64,000 bases of DNA from a virus. Under the pieces are notes generated by a model that worked only from the letters and a program-made list of their open reading frames with translations, had not been told where the DNA came from and searched no databases. Positions 56,101-64,000 of the stretch are shown here, one piece after another. The stretch lies in IMG/VR virus record IMGVR_UViG_3300002835_000041, positions 54,982 through 118,981 of that record, one strand, 5' to 3'. How positions within the stretch are numbered: the first letter of the stretch is position 1; every line of letters starts with the position of its first letter. The position numbers and the translations under genes were made by a program.

Positions 56101-56879
56101 CTATATACAATGCCTCATCTCCATATCTTTATTTAACAAAGACAAGCGGTATTCAGTTAAAAGGAACCTATGACCCTTTAGTAAATAGAGGGCTCATGAT
56201 TCCAATCAACTCAAGCAGAGCAGATGGATTTAAAGTCATCGCAGCACAACTTGCAATTAGATTTGACGGAGATTATTTTCCCTATGCGCCAACACAGGTT
56301 TTTGAGATAGAAGGCAAAAGCATGCATATTAAATTCTATCTTGTTGCCTGCGATCCAAGCGGTAGACGAGCAAAAATATACGCAATTGATGAAAAGACTG
56401 GGCTAGTTCAAGATGGCATAGGGTTTTACTGGAATGGCAAACTTGTAAAAGAGCCAGTTGTCACTTTGCAAGACTGGGGATTCCTTGGTATTAGTTTTGC
56501 AGACAGCCTAGACTTCTCATCTTTCGAGGGGGCAATCAGACTGACTGGACCATTACTATTTAACAACATATCCTTCTATCAATCAACGAACCTACAAGAA
56601 GTACAAAATATTTCCGAAAGACCTTGGTTTAGAGTCAGGGTCCTTAATTCTAGAGAGTTAGACTGGAAATTTTGGAATGTTGGCTCTTTTAACTGGAATA
56701 AGGTTCTTGTTCTTTCAGAAACAAGTTATTATGGAGTAAACCCATCTGAAGTTTATAAGAGTTATACGGGTACAAATAAGATCATCGTAGACGATGAAAA
56801 GGTTTTAAGGTTTGGAAACTACAAATATACTGCCTATTCTGAAGTAAACTGGAGCCAAGTCGTAGTAGATCCAGTTTGA
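53130..56879 (+). CDS. large minor tail protein, LamG/ConA-like domains
   Basis: HPIGLWALDD N-terminus, YTLEMWLR; 1249 aa. Confidence 0.65.
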   Translation: MSTSSNLYAEKVFAEHPIGLWALDDNADYISLISNEQRVLSSIPRWEIFGGTVAAYPESVGEPFPGSYVGRIIADPTPDRKNASVTLRSKDTFSSSILNKYLRTFSLGTYIYSESSYVSGFEIGYQYTDTTSGQEISHLKNFDTVINNSWIFISETFDIPEDALEIKLVIKINFVGNVEKENAFKINGITFGQWSEEFASTSLGTIPENIPSNISIAPQKGIVAKCYGLQELNAYYLASDNMLKAKNSGIPLVYGTSGHTTLYENIGLPSLIVPGLGMLNKDGQYKQYTLEMWLRINSYSNETKRIIGPIASSDGIYVDGPAIGLKIGNEYKTNYIGEWTRPMLVHLKVGKDSASLLINGEEVISIPYSQSLANLPSKLNNTKDQDWIGFYAYEDISPIDLDCVGIYPYLVPNQVAKRRYVFGQGVEIPENINSSYSGTSVTIDYSFADYTANYSYPKTGSWNQGFSDNIDASNRSLSVMSHPLPQVVLSSKTKSELFEDNKVSNRIEDTASFFYDTKDYFSFKPNNSWDSVSGYLFFENFDVLKTPISAFYGCFQLKGNATTPQILFKIEKENTSNYFKIQVENNTLKYIISSNGKTETLYSSEVLNQNEFFEVGVNIPRFIEVFGNPVSGFFGSLGDLRMYVGGDKTNTATFNGKIYNIGFATKYNFQKIKSLFNEIGVPKLNEDLFFAYQNNQLIDIDAGIDTTSLPPYGGLTDVSPGAISGGGVILLEEDFLIEHTASYTLVPDILFDKYTLAIAANAYWEDNLPLTYFAESVFDKRGDKYFDLDFIQFNVNYPIPTKTIAIETDPVEWTYQELNDQYGSPVQRTYESLDNYLFTGYNDYEDLKNKISKDYKYNTDGSLVKTYITFQYTELGANAVSEYFTKLERPARNGVLIPGVDWMTTKYEVVDNMIIYPPSGVDFNDLSIVTHIDINIKNSEVNNVSIKNVSYASQALNDSNASPIGTRFGTSIYPYTKTGIYYNFKKNNPFSIYNASSPYLYLTKTSGIQLKGTYDPLVNRGLMIPINSSRADGFKVIAAQLAIRFDGDYFPYAPTQVFEIEGKSMHIKFYLVACDPSGRRAKIYAIDEKTGLVQDGIGFYWNGKLVKEPVVTLQDWGFLGISFADSLDFSSFEGAIRLTGPLLFNNISFYQSTNLQEVQNISERPWFRVRVLNSRELDWKFWNVGSFNWNKVLVLSETSYYGVNPSEVYKSYTGTNKIIVDDEKVLRFGNYKYTAYSEVNWSQVVVDPV

Positions 56880-56891
56880 TATGGTATACTT

Positions 56892-57284
56892 ATGGTTATG
56901 GATTCCTTAATCAACCCAAAAACTGGTGAGCCGATTGTAAAGAATGTAAGACGACAAGTCATTGAAAAGAACTATGACTGGGGCCTTTATGTGTACAAAA
57001 AAGCAAATGGCAAGTGGTTTACAGATGGAAACGGTTCTGTACTCAACATACCTTCAGACAAGAACGATATTTCTAGGATGGCAGAATTAAAAAAGACTGC
57101 AATGCACTATGGTGATCCAGGAGATGGTACATGTGTATTTGTTCCAGGACTAACAAGAGTAAGTGAAGAAGAATACTCAGAACAAGTTGATAGATTAAAT
57201 GCTGGACTTATCCCTTCTCTAAACGACCTTGGTGCAGTTCAGGCAGCAAAAGATACAATTGCTAAGTATGGTGACGAGGAGTAA
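56892..57284 (+). CDS. hypothetical protein
   Basis: ORF track; leaderless-type start. Confidence 0.75.
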   Translation: MVMDSLINPKTGEPIVKNVRRQVIEKNYDWGLYVYKKANGKWFTDGNGSVLNIPSDKNDISRMAELKKTAMHYGDPGDGTCVFVPGLTRVSEEEYSEQVDRLNAGLIPSLNDLGAVQAAKDTIAKYGDEE

Positions 57285-57286
57285 TT

Positions 57287-58879
57287 ATGCAAGACAACGA
57301 ATATGAAATTGGTGCAAGAATTGACGAAGCAGTAAAAAAAGATGATACTTTTGCAAAGTCAGATCCGTTTAGTGGCAACTGGGAAACATTAAAAACTTTA
57401 GATGGTTTGGATGCAAACTTTAAAAGAAGAACAAGCAGAATGTCATCTAAGATGGTTGAGCCAACAACTCAATATACAACTGCAGCACTTGCTGGAAAAA
57501 GCGGTATTGACGGAGCACAATCAAAAGAAATTAACCCAGGTCTAGTATATGTAAACGGCTATGGAATGTTTGATGTTATTACACCTCCATGGAACCTATA
57601 TGAATTAGCAAACTATTACGACACATCATTTGCAAACCACGCAGCAATTGATGCAAAGGTCGAAAACATTGTTGGCCTTGGTTATGAGTTTAAGGTTTCT
57701 CCAAGAACAATGATGAGACTTGAAGCATCAGAAGATAATAGCGCAACACAAAAGGCACGAAAGAGAATTGAACGAGCAAAGATTGAAATGCGTGATTGGC
57801 TAGAGTCACTTAATGATGATGACTCATTTACAGCAACAATGGAAAAAGTTTATACAGATCTTCAGTCTACTGGCAATGGTTATTTAGAAATTGGAAGAAC
57901 AACTCGTGGAGAAATTGGATACGTTGGACATATACCAGCAACAACAATGCGAGTACGAAGAATCAAAGACGGATATGTACAGATCATTGGAAACAAGATT
58001 GTCTACTTCCGCAACTTTGGAGCAAAGAACCAAAACCCACTAACAACAGATGCTAGACCAAATGAAATTATTCACTTTAAGCAGTACTCACCTCTAAACA
58101 CATTTTATGGAGTGCCAGACATTATGTCGGCTATAAACTCACTACATGGAGACTCTCTTGCTTCACAATACAATATTGATTATTTTGCAAACAAAGCAGT
58201 CCCAAGATATGTTGTAACATTAAAGGGTGCGAAACTTTCTGGTGATGCAGAAGACAAGATGTTTAGATTCTTACAAACAAGTCTCAGAGGGCAGTCTCAC
58301 AGAACGCTATATATTCCACTTCCAGGTGATAGCGAAAATAATAAAGTTGAATTTAAAATGGAGCCCATCGAAGACGGTATACAGGACGGCTCATTTAAAG
58401 AGTATCGTAAGCAAAACCGTGATGACATCCTAGTAGCACATCAAGTGCCACTGTCTAAACTTGGAGGTGGCGATTCTGGATCTATTGCAGCAGCACTTGC
58501 ACAGGATCGCACCTTTAAGGAGCAGGTTGCAAGACCAGCACAGAGGCAACTTGAAAAAATGATCAATAAGATCATTCGTGAAAAGACAGATATTATTGAG
58601 TTTGTGTTTAACGAGTTGACACTAACAGATGAAATTGCACAGTCTCAGATTCTTGAAAGATATGTAAAGAATCAAATCATTACTCCTAATGAGGCTAGAG
58701 TTGTTCTGGATATGCCACAGAGAGATGGTGGAGATGAGGTCTTAGACCTTAAGCCAACAACCGCAGCAGAAGCAAATACAACAAGAGCAAGAGACTCTGA
58801 AAGAACAAATAACAATTCTGACAGCACTTCTACAGTTGCTGGAAGGAATCCAAAGGGAGAGGGCCGAAGCACCTCTTAG
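57287..58879 (+). CDS. portal protein
   Basis: GNGYLEI.R, HIPA..MR, EIIHFK, YGVPDI, YF.N.AVP, H.VP..KLG, TPNEAR. Confidence 0.92.
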   Translation: MQDNEYEIGARIDEAVKKDDTFAKSDPFSGNWETLKTLDGLDANFKRRTSRMSSKMVEPTTQYTTAALAGKSGIDGAQSKEINPGLVYVNGYGMFDVITPPWNLYELANYYDTSFANHAAIDAKVENIVGLGYEFKVSPRTMMRLEASEDNSATQKARKRIERAKIEMRDWLESLNDDDSFTATMEKVYTDLQSTGNGYLEIGRTTRGEIGYVGHIPATTMRVRRIKDGYVQIIGNKIVYFRNFGAKNQNPLTTDARPNEIIHFKQYSPLNTFYGVPDIMSAINSLHGDSLASQYNIDYFANKAVPRYVVTLKGAKLSGDAEDKMFRFLQTSLRGQSHRTLYIPLPGDSENNKVEFKMEPIEDGIQDGSFKEYRKQNRDDILVAHQVPLSKLGGGDSGSIAAALAQDRTFKEQVARPAQRQLEKMINKIIREKTDIIEFVFNELTLTDEIAQSQILERYVKNQIITPNEARVVLDMPQRDGGDEVLDLKPTTAAEANTTRARDSERTNNNSDSTSTVAGRNPKGEGRSTS

Positions 58880-58931
58880 TGTCCAATATGTCCACATTGT
58901 GATATATGTATAAAAGGGGGTTTATAATATA

Positions 58932-60269
58932 ATGGTGAGCAATATATCTAAAGCCCATTGGAATTCTGATGGGAATAATCTACGTCTTTCAATGCCTTTT
59001 AGTAAGGTAGACAAAGAGCGACGAATCGTTTCTGGATTTGCATCTTTGGACAATATCGATAAGCAAGATGACATTGTAACAGCCGAAGCATCAATGGAAG
59101 CATTTGCAAAATTCCGAGGTAATATTAGAGAAATGCACCAGCCACTAGCAGTAGGCAAGATGGTAAACTTTAAAGCAGAAAAGTATTTTGATCCAGAATC
59201 AAAGAAGTTTTATAATGGAGTATTTGTATCAGCATATGTTTCAAAGGGTGCACAAGATACTTGGGAAAAGGTTCTAGATGGAACCCTTGCTGGTTTCTCT
59301 ATTGGTGGAAGAATGAACAAGTGGGATGATGGGTTTGATGAAAAGTCAGATAAAGCAATTAGAATTATTAAGCAATACGATTTGGTTGAGTTGAGTCTTG
59401 TAGATTCCCCAGCAAATCAGTTTGCAAATATTGTATCTGTTGAAAAAGTTGACGGAGTAGATATTATTAAGGCTGACGAAACAGTTTTAGAAAATGTTTT
59501 TTATGATAAAGAATCAGGAATTGTAATGGTTTCAGAAAATGAATCAGAGTTAAGTCCAACTACTGGTGAGCAAATGGCAAATATAGGTTTCGTTGAAAAA
59601 ACGGATAATGAAAAGATAGACATGATAAAATTCTTAGTTGATAGTGCTAAAGGCATTAATACTTCTAAGATTAACAAGGAGGTACAACCTATGACAAAAT
59701 CAAAAACACAAGTTGAAAAGACAGATGTAGTTGAAGATGTTGTGGTCGCTCCAGAGGCAGATGCCGTGGTTGAAGAAGTTACCGAAGAAGTTGCAAAGGC
59801 AGAAGAGACAGAAACAGCAGATGTTGTTAAGTCAGACTCAGTACCAGCAACAGAGACTGAAGATGCACCAGTTGCAGAAACAGTTGAAGAAGTAGCAGGC
59901 TCAGACGCAGACGTATCTAAGTCAGATAATGTAGTTGTAGAAGCAATTGCAGAAATCAAGAATAATCTAACATCAGCCTTTAGCGATCTATTGTCAACAG
60001 TAAAGTCTTTGCAAGCAGAAGTAGAACTTCTTAAGTCTTCAAAGGTCGATGTCGACACAGTAAAGGATTCATTTGCAGCAGTTGCAAAAGATATTGCAGC
60101 AGTGTCAAGTGAATTTAATGAATTTGGAAAACGAGTAGACGCTGTGGAAGCAGACACCGCATTCCGAAAGTCTGGAGATATCGGCGATATCTTCCAGTCT
60201 CAACCTGAAATGGTTGAAAAATCCCTATGGGGCGGTAGTTTCCTCAAAACAGCCGATCTATTCAAATGA
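58932..60269 (+). CDS. HK97-type prohead protease fused to acidic scaffold region
   Basis: REMH, GFSIGG, ELSLVDSPAN; acidic C-terminal half. Confidence 0.9.
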   Translation: MVSNISKAHWNSDGNNLRLSMPFSKVDKERRIVSGFASLDNIDKQDDIVTAEASMEAFAKFRGNIREMHQPLAVGKMVNFKAEKYFDPESKKFYNGVFVSAYVSKGAQDTWEKVLDGTLAGFSIGGRMNKWDDGFDEKSDKAIRIIKQYDLVELSLVDSPANQFANIVSVEKVDGVDIIKADETVLENVFYDKESGIVMVSENESELSPTTGEQMANIGFVEKTDNEKIDMIKFLVDSAKGINTSKINKEVQPMTKSKTQVEKTDVVEDVVVAPEADAVVEEVTEEVAKAEETETADVVKSDSVPATETEDAPVAETVEEVAGSDADVSKSDNVVVEAIAEIKNNLTSAFSDLLSTVKSLQAEVELLKSSKVDVDTVKDSFAAVAKDIAAVSSEFNEFGKRVDAVEADTAFRKSGDIGDIFQSQPEMVEKSLWGGSFLKTADLFK

Positions 60270-60292
60270 ACAAATCACTAGGAGGTGACAAT

Positions 60293-61426
60293 ATGTCAGA
60301 AGAAATAATCAAAAACCAGCCAGGCGCTGCGGGAGATCTAGGTGGAACAACACCAGGTCTTTACCAGGGTCAAGGTGCTTTCGCATCAGGTGGAATTGGT
60401 GGAGTAAGTAACCCAGGTGCAGATACACTTGGTAACATTCCAACAGCAACTCTTGGATCTACAAGCGGAGCAAACGCTGTTAACCCTAGTGGTTCAGCGG
60501 CTTCTGGAATTTTGCGCCCTGAGCAGGCACGTCGTTTTATCGACTATGTTTGGGATGCAACAGTATTAGCAAAGGATGGCCGTCGTGTAACAATGAAGGC
60601 TAATTCTATGGAACTTGAGAAGGTAAACGTCGGTGAGCGTGTAATTCGTGCAGCAGCGCAAGCAGTTGGTAACTACACAAACACAGGTGCAACATTCTCT
60701 AAGGTCGAACTTACTACCAAGAAGATTCGTCTTGATTGGGAAGTAACAGCAGAATCATTGGAAGATGGTGTAGAAGGTGACGCTCTAGAAGATCACTTGG
60801 TACGCTTGATGACCAACGCATTCGCAAACGATATCGAAGATCTCGCTATCAATGGTGATGGTGCAACAGGAGCATTCTTGTCAATCATGCCAGGCTTTAT
60901 CAACAAGGTAAAGACAAACGGAGATGCACATGAGTCAGTAGTAACCGTAGCAGATAATGCTTGGACACCTGATGTAATGCAGGGCATCATCAATGCAATG
61001 CCACGTAAGTACCGTGCACTTAAGAACAATCTTAAGTTCTACGCAGGTACAGACGCATTCGGTGGAATCGTTAAGAACAACGGTACACTTGCTGATGCAG
61101 TTGCAGAAGCATTTGCTGGCCAGATGCCAGGTAGCACTCAGGCTAACCGCCAGAGCTACCTAGATGGTGTTGGACAGACATTTGGTGGTGCACGTACCAC
61201 CCGTGTTCTTGGCATTGATGTACAGGAAGTTCCATACTACCCAGGCGGCTATGTTGATCTAACATTCCCAGCTAACCGTGTATGGGGATTCCAGAGAGAC
61301 ATCACTGTTAACCGTGAGTACAAGCCAAAGAAGGACACCGTTGAGTACACCGTATTCGTACGTTTTGGTATTCAGTGGGAAGAGGAAGATGCAGTAGCTT
61401 TCGCTGATGCACTTGCTGACAGCTAA
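60293..61426 (+). CDS. major capsid protein (HK97 fold)
   Basis: GILRPEQARRFID, FANDIEDLAINGDG; GGAGGTGA SD before ATG 60293. Confidence 0.92.
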   Translation: MSEEIIKNQPGAAGDLGGTTPGLYQGQGAFASGGIGGVSNPGADTLGNIPTATLGSTSGANAVNPSGSAASGILRPEQARRFIDYVWDATVLAKDGRRVTMKANSMELEKVNVGERVIRAAAQAVGNYTNTGATFSKVELTTKKIRLDWEVTAESLEDGVEGDALEDHLVRLMTNAFANDIEDLAINGDGATGAFLSIMPGFINKVKTNGDAHESVVTVADNAWTPDVMQGIINAMPRKYRALKNNLKFYAGTDAFGGIVKNNGTLADAVAEAFAGQMPGSTQANRQSYLDGVGQTFGGARTTRVLGIDVQEVPYYPGGYVDLTFPANRVWGFQRDITVNREYKPKKDTVEYTVFVRFGIQWEEEDAVAFADALADS

Positions 61427-61446
61427 TATTTGGCTATCCATTAATT

Positions 61447-61476
61447 GGGGCAGAGGCTAAAACCTCTGCCCCTTTT
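61447..61476 (+). terminator. intrinsic terminator
   Basis: GGGGCAGAGG-CTAAAA-CCTCTGCCCC-TTTT. Confidence 0.9.
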
Positions 61477-61509
61477 ATTATCTGATATAATTAATTTAGG
61501 AGGAATATC

Positions 61510-61962
61510 ATGGCAACAGAACTATCTAATCCAGATGCTTTGGACGAAAACAATAAGGTAGCATCACCAAGTGATGTGGCTGCAAAAGCACCAGCCGAAG
61601 ACATTGTAGAAATCGTCAAGGAAGAAATCAAGGAAGAAACAAAGCCAGTAGTTGAAGACGTAAAGCCAGCAGATCCTGTTATCAAGGCAAATGAGCCAGT
61701 TAAGACAGAGCCATCTTTAAAAAAGGTTGATGCAGATGTTATTGGTGTAACTACTACTGAAGAAAAGCCAAAAGAAAAGAAAGCAGAAGTCCAGAAAGAC
61801 AAGGTAGCACTATTTTCAGAAAAGAATGTTTTCTGGGAAGGTGTTGGCCGTGTTGGTAAAGGCTACAATATTGTAGACGGAGAATCTGCTAAGAAGTGGC
61901 TTAAAAGAAACTTTATCCGTTTGGCTACGCCAGAAGAGATTAAGCAGGAATTTGGTAAGTAA
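61510..61962 (+). CDS. hypothetical protein (head-associated)
   Basis: GGAGG SD; low-complexity N-terminus, GYNIV...W...R.ATPEE. Confidence 0.8.
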   Translation: MATELSNPDALDENNKVASPSDVAAKAPAEDIVEIVKEEIKEETKPVVEDVKPADPVIKANEPVKTEPSLKKVDADVIGVTTTEEKPKEKKAEVQKDKVALFSEKNVFWEGVGRVGKGYNIVDGESAKKWLKRNFIRLATPEEIKQEFGK

Positions 61963-61964
61963 AA

Positions 61965-62843
61965 ATGGAAATTTTGAGGGTTCCGCCCTATGACCTTACT
62001 GTAAATATTCAAGTAGACGAACCATCTACAGACTATCCAGTAATTATTCGTGATATGGCGGATCTCTCTATTTCAACAATAACTGCAACCTCTGACGAAA
62101 ATTCCATAATTAATGTGGACCTGCCATCAAAATATGATGGTCAGTATGAGGTCCAGGTCTATGAAAATGAATACTACTATGATGTAGTAAGACCATATGT
62201 AGACCCAAACACAAAAGGCACCACGGCAACAGAAATTGCTGAATATACAAAAAATGAGCAGACAGCAAGAGCAATCATTGATTCTGTAATTCGTCAAGGA
62301 TTTTACTATAAAAAAGAAGTTATCGAAACTGCTGGGCTTGGTGCAGACTATCTGCCACTATGGATTGATGCCAAAAAGGTACTGAAAGTTTATGAAAACA
62401 ACGTCCTTGTTTATGATGCCGCAAATCCAGATGATTATGAAAGAGCATTTGAAATAACGGCAGATGGCACAGCTATCCAGCAATACTATTCTGGAACTAT
62501 TAATCGTAATCAGGGTGCATCACTAATTTTGCCACTGGCTGCAGCTGACACAGACATTATTGAATATTACTATAGAGGCTTTCCAAGAACATTTGATTAT
62601 ACAATTGTGGTAGAGTCTGGATATAAAGTTATCCCATCGGACATAGTAAAGGCAACAGAGCTACTGGTAGAAGATTTGGCATGTGGAAAGCTTGAGTACT
62701 ACAAGCGTATGACGGCAAGCTACAGCACAGATCAGTTTAGAATTCAGTTTGACCGCTCAATGTTTGAGGGAACTGGAAACATTATAGTTGATAAGATTCT
62801 ATCCAAGTATGCGAAGTCAATTCAAACACTTGGAGTCTTATAA
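61965..62843 (+). CDS. head-tail adaptor protein
   Basis: Synteny; GY..IPSDIVKAT, Y.TDQF.IQFD. Confidence 0.65.
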   Translation: MEILRVPPYDLTVNIQVDEPSTDYPVIIRDMADLSISTITATSDENSIINVDLPSKYDGQYEVQVYENEYYYDVVRPYVDPNTKGTTATEIAEYTKNEQTARAIIDSVIRQGFYYKKEVIETAGLGADYLPLWIDAKKVLKVYENNVLVYDAANPDDYERAFEITADGTAIQQYYSGTINRNQGASLILPLAAADTDIIEYYYRGFPRTFDYTIVVESGYKVIPSDIVKATELLVEDLACGKLEYYKRMTASYSTDQFRIQFDRSMFEGTGNIIVDKILSKYAKSIQTLGVL

Positions 62844-63298
62844 TGACTACTGTATATTGCGAAAAAACAGATTTTGTTTACCCACTATTGGTGGATGTTT
62901 ATTATCCAATTGTTGAGCAATCCGCATATGGAAATGTAAAAAAACAATGGATTTTAGACAAAACTTTGGCATGTAATTTTTCTGGTGCTGGAACAGCTTG
63001 GAAAGAAGAGGTTCAGCCAAATGTTAATATTACTAAAGATATGGTTTTAATTGGCAGGGTGCGTTCAGATATTCGTGTATCAAAGCTAAATGCAGATAAC
63101 GCAATCACAAACGTAATACTTACAAATATTAGAGATTCTCACAATAACCCAATTTATGTTGAGACATCTGGGGTTAGATCTGGAAAGTCTACTATATTTG
63201 AAATAGCATCACAAGATCCAATTGTTGGACCATTTGGTTCTATAGAATACTTTAAGTTAATTATTAGACGCTCAGAGAACCAGGCGGCAGATGTATAA
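62843..63298 (+). CDS. head-tail joining/closure protein
   Basis: Synteny; size. Confidence 0.55.
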   Translation: MTTVYCEKTDFVYPLLVDVYYPIVEQSAYGNVKKQWILDKTLACNFSGAGTAWKEEVQPNVNITKDMVLIGRVRSDIRVSKLNADNAITNVILTNIRDSHNNPIYVETSGVRSGKSTIFEIASQDPIVGPFGSIEYFKLIIRRSENQAADV

Positions 63299-63972
63299 TG
63301 AAGCTTGAGTATGATACAAAACAGTTTATGAAAGATATGAATAATGTTATTAATTATTCAGTAGGATTTTTAGAGGGTGTAAAAACTGGCAAGCGAGCAA
63401 TGCTTGAAAATTTAGGAAGCCTAACAATTGAAGCGATGAAGCAGTTCATAGATACTATGGCTAGAGTTGATAATGCTGTTTTGCATCACGTATATGAGTG
63501 GAATCAAACTGGAAGCCCAGATGCAAGACTGTATGATCTAACCTATACAGTTAGTAATTTAGGTCTATCCATTAAATCATCTTTTAGACAATCAACATCT
63601 ATTCAAAATGGATCAAGTGTGCCATTCTATGACAAGGCTAGAATTATGGAAAATGGCATACCAGTAACAATACGTCCAGTACGGGCAAATGCTCTCGTAT
63701 TTGATGACAATGGCGAAAAGGTTTTTACAAAGGGGCCAGTAACAATAGACAATCCAGGAGGCACAAGAGCAGAGCGTGGATTTGAAAAAGCATTTGATAC
63801 CTTTATGACTCAATACTTTACGCAGGCATTCTTGAATTCAAGTGGTATACTTAGATATATTCAAAATCCAGTAGCCTATAAAAAGAATTTGCCAGCTGGC
63901 AAAAGGCTTGGAAAGTCAGTTGGTTATTCTACAGGATATCGCTGGATAGCAAATGCAGGAGTTACTATATAA
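63298..63972 (+). CDS. neck/tail-completion protein
   Basis: Synteny; LHHVYEW..G.P.ARL, ME.G.PVTI.P. Confidence 0.55.
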   Translation: MKLEYDTKQFMKDMNNVINYSVGFLEGVKTGKRAMLENLGSLTIEAMKQFIDTMARVDNAVLHHVYEWNQTGSPDARLYDLTYTVSNLGLSIKSSFRQSTSIQNGSSVPFYDKARIMENGIPVTIRPVRANALVFDDNGEKVFTKGPVTIDNPGGTRAERGFEKAFDTFMTQYFTQAFLNSSGILRYIQNPVAYKKNLPAGKRLGKSVGYSTGYRWIANAGVTI

Positions 63973-64000
63973 TGGCAATATACTATCCACCAGTTTTTAT

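Noticed and set aside
56892-57284. Terminase small subunit by position before the portal
   Set aside because: No recognisable motif; no large terminase in the window
60266-60292. Track start of the major capsid gene
   Set aside because: GGAGGTGA SD points to ATG 60293
1-64000. Stop-codon reassignment or programmed frameshift
   Set aside because: Genes are intact and densely packed under the standard code; no broken conserved gene noticed

Overview
64-kb segment of a large, AT-rich tailed dsDNA phage genome. The host is inferred to be an actinobacterium, probably freshwater, from leaderless genes, actinophage-type gene families and DnaA/Crp/WhiA-type motifs. Layout: (1) 0-2.7 kb accessory genes (2OG-Fe(II) oxygenase, XapX-like, Hsp20 with a ROSE-like thermometer, HNH, TipAS-like), two candidate structured RNAs and three tRNAs; (2) 2.7-10.6 kb mostly minus-strand modifying enzymes (HAD phosphatase, SGNH-like, sulfotransferase-like, LLM-2OG fusion, prolyl-hydroxylase-like); (3) 10.8-24.9 kb an origin-like non-coding tract, then an array of small minus-strand genes (probably early) separated by repeated regulatory cassettes carrying DnaA boxes, CRP boxes, GGCGTGTCG, SSACGTSS, a conserved hairpin and an unusual promoter box; (4) 25-29 kb cytochrome P450 and a GT60/Gnt1-like glycosyltransferase; (5) 29-51 kb fibre and minor virion genes, including two Pro/Cys-rich fibres (one ending in (FGA)16 plus a Hint domain), interleaved with a 2OG oxygenase, an O-fucosyltransferase-like enzyme, a GDP-mannose 3,5-epimerase and a GNAT; (6) 51-64 kb class II RNR, minor tail protein, portal, protease/scaffold, major capsid and head-completion genes. 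Best candidates for undescribed biology: a phage-encoded hydroxyproline O-glycosylation pathway acting on extensin-like fibres, and a cassette array dense in host master-regulator sites. All family assignments are by motif recognition, not database search.
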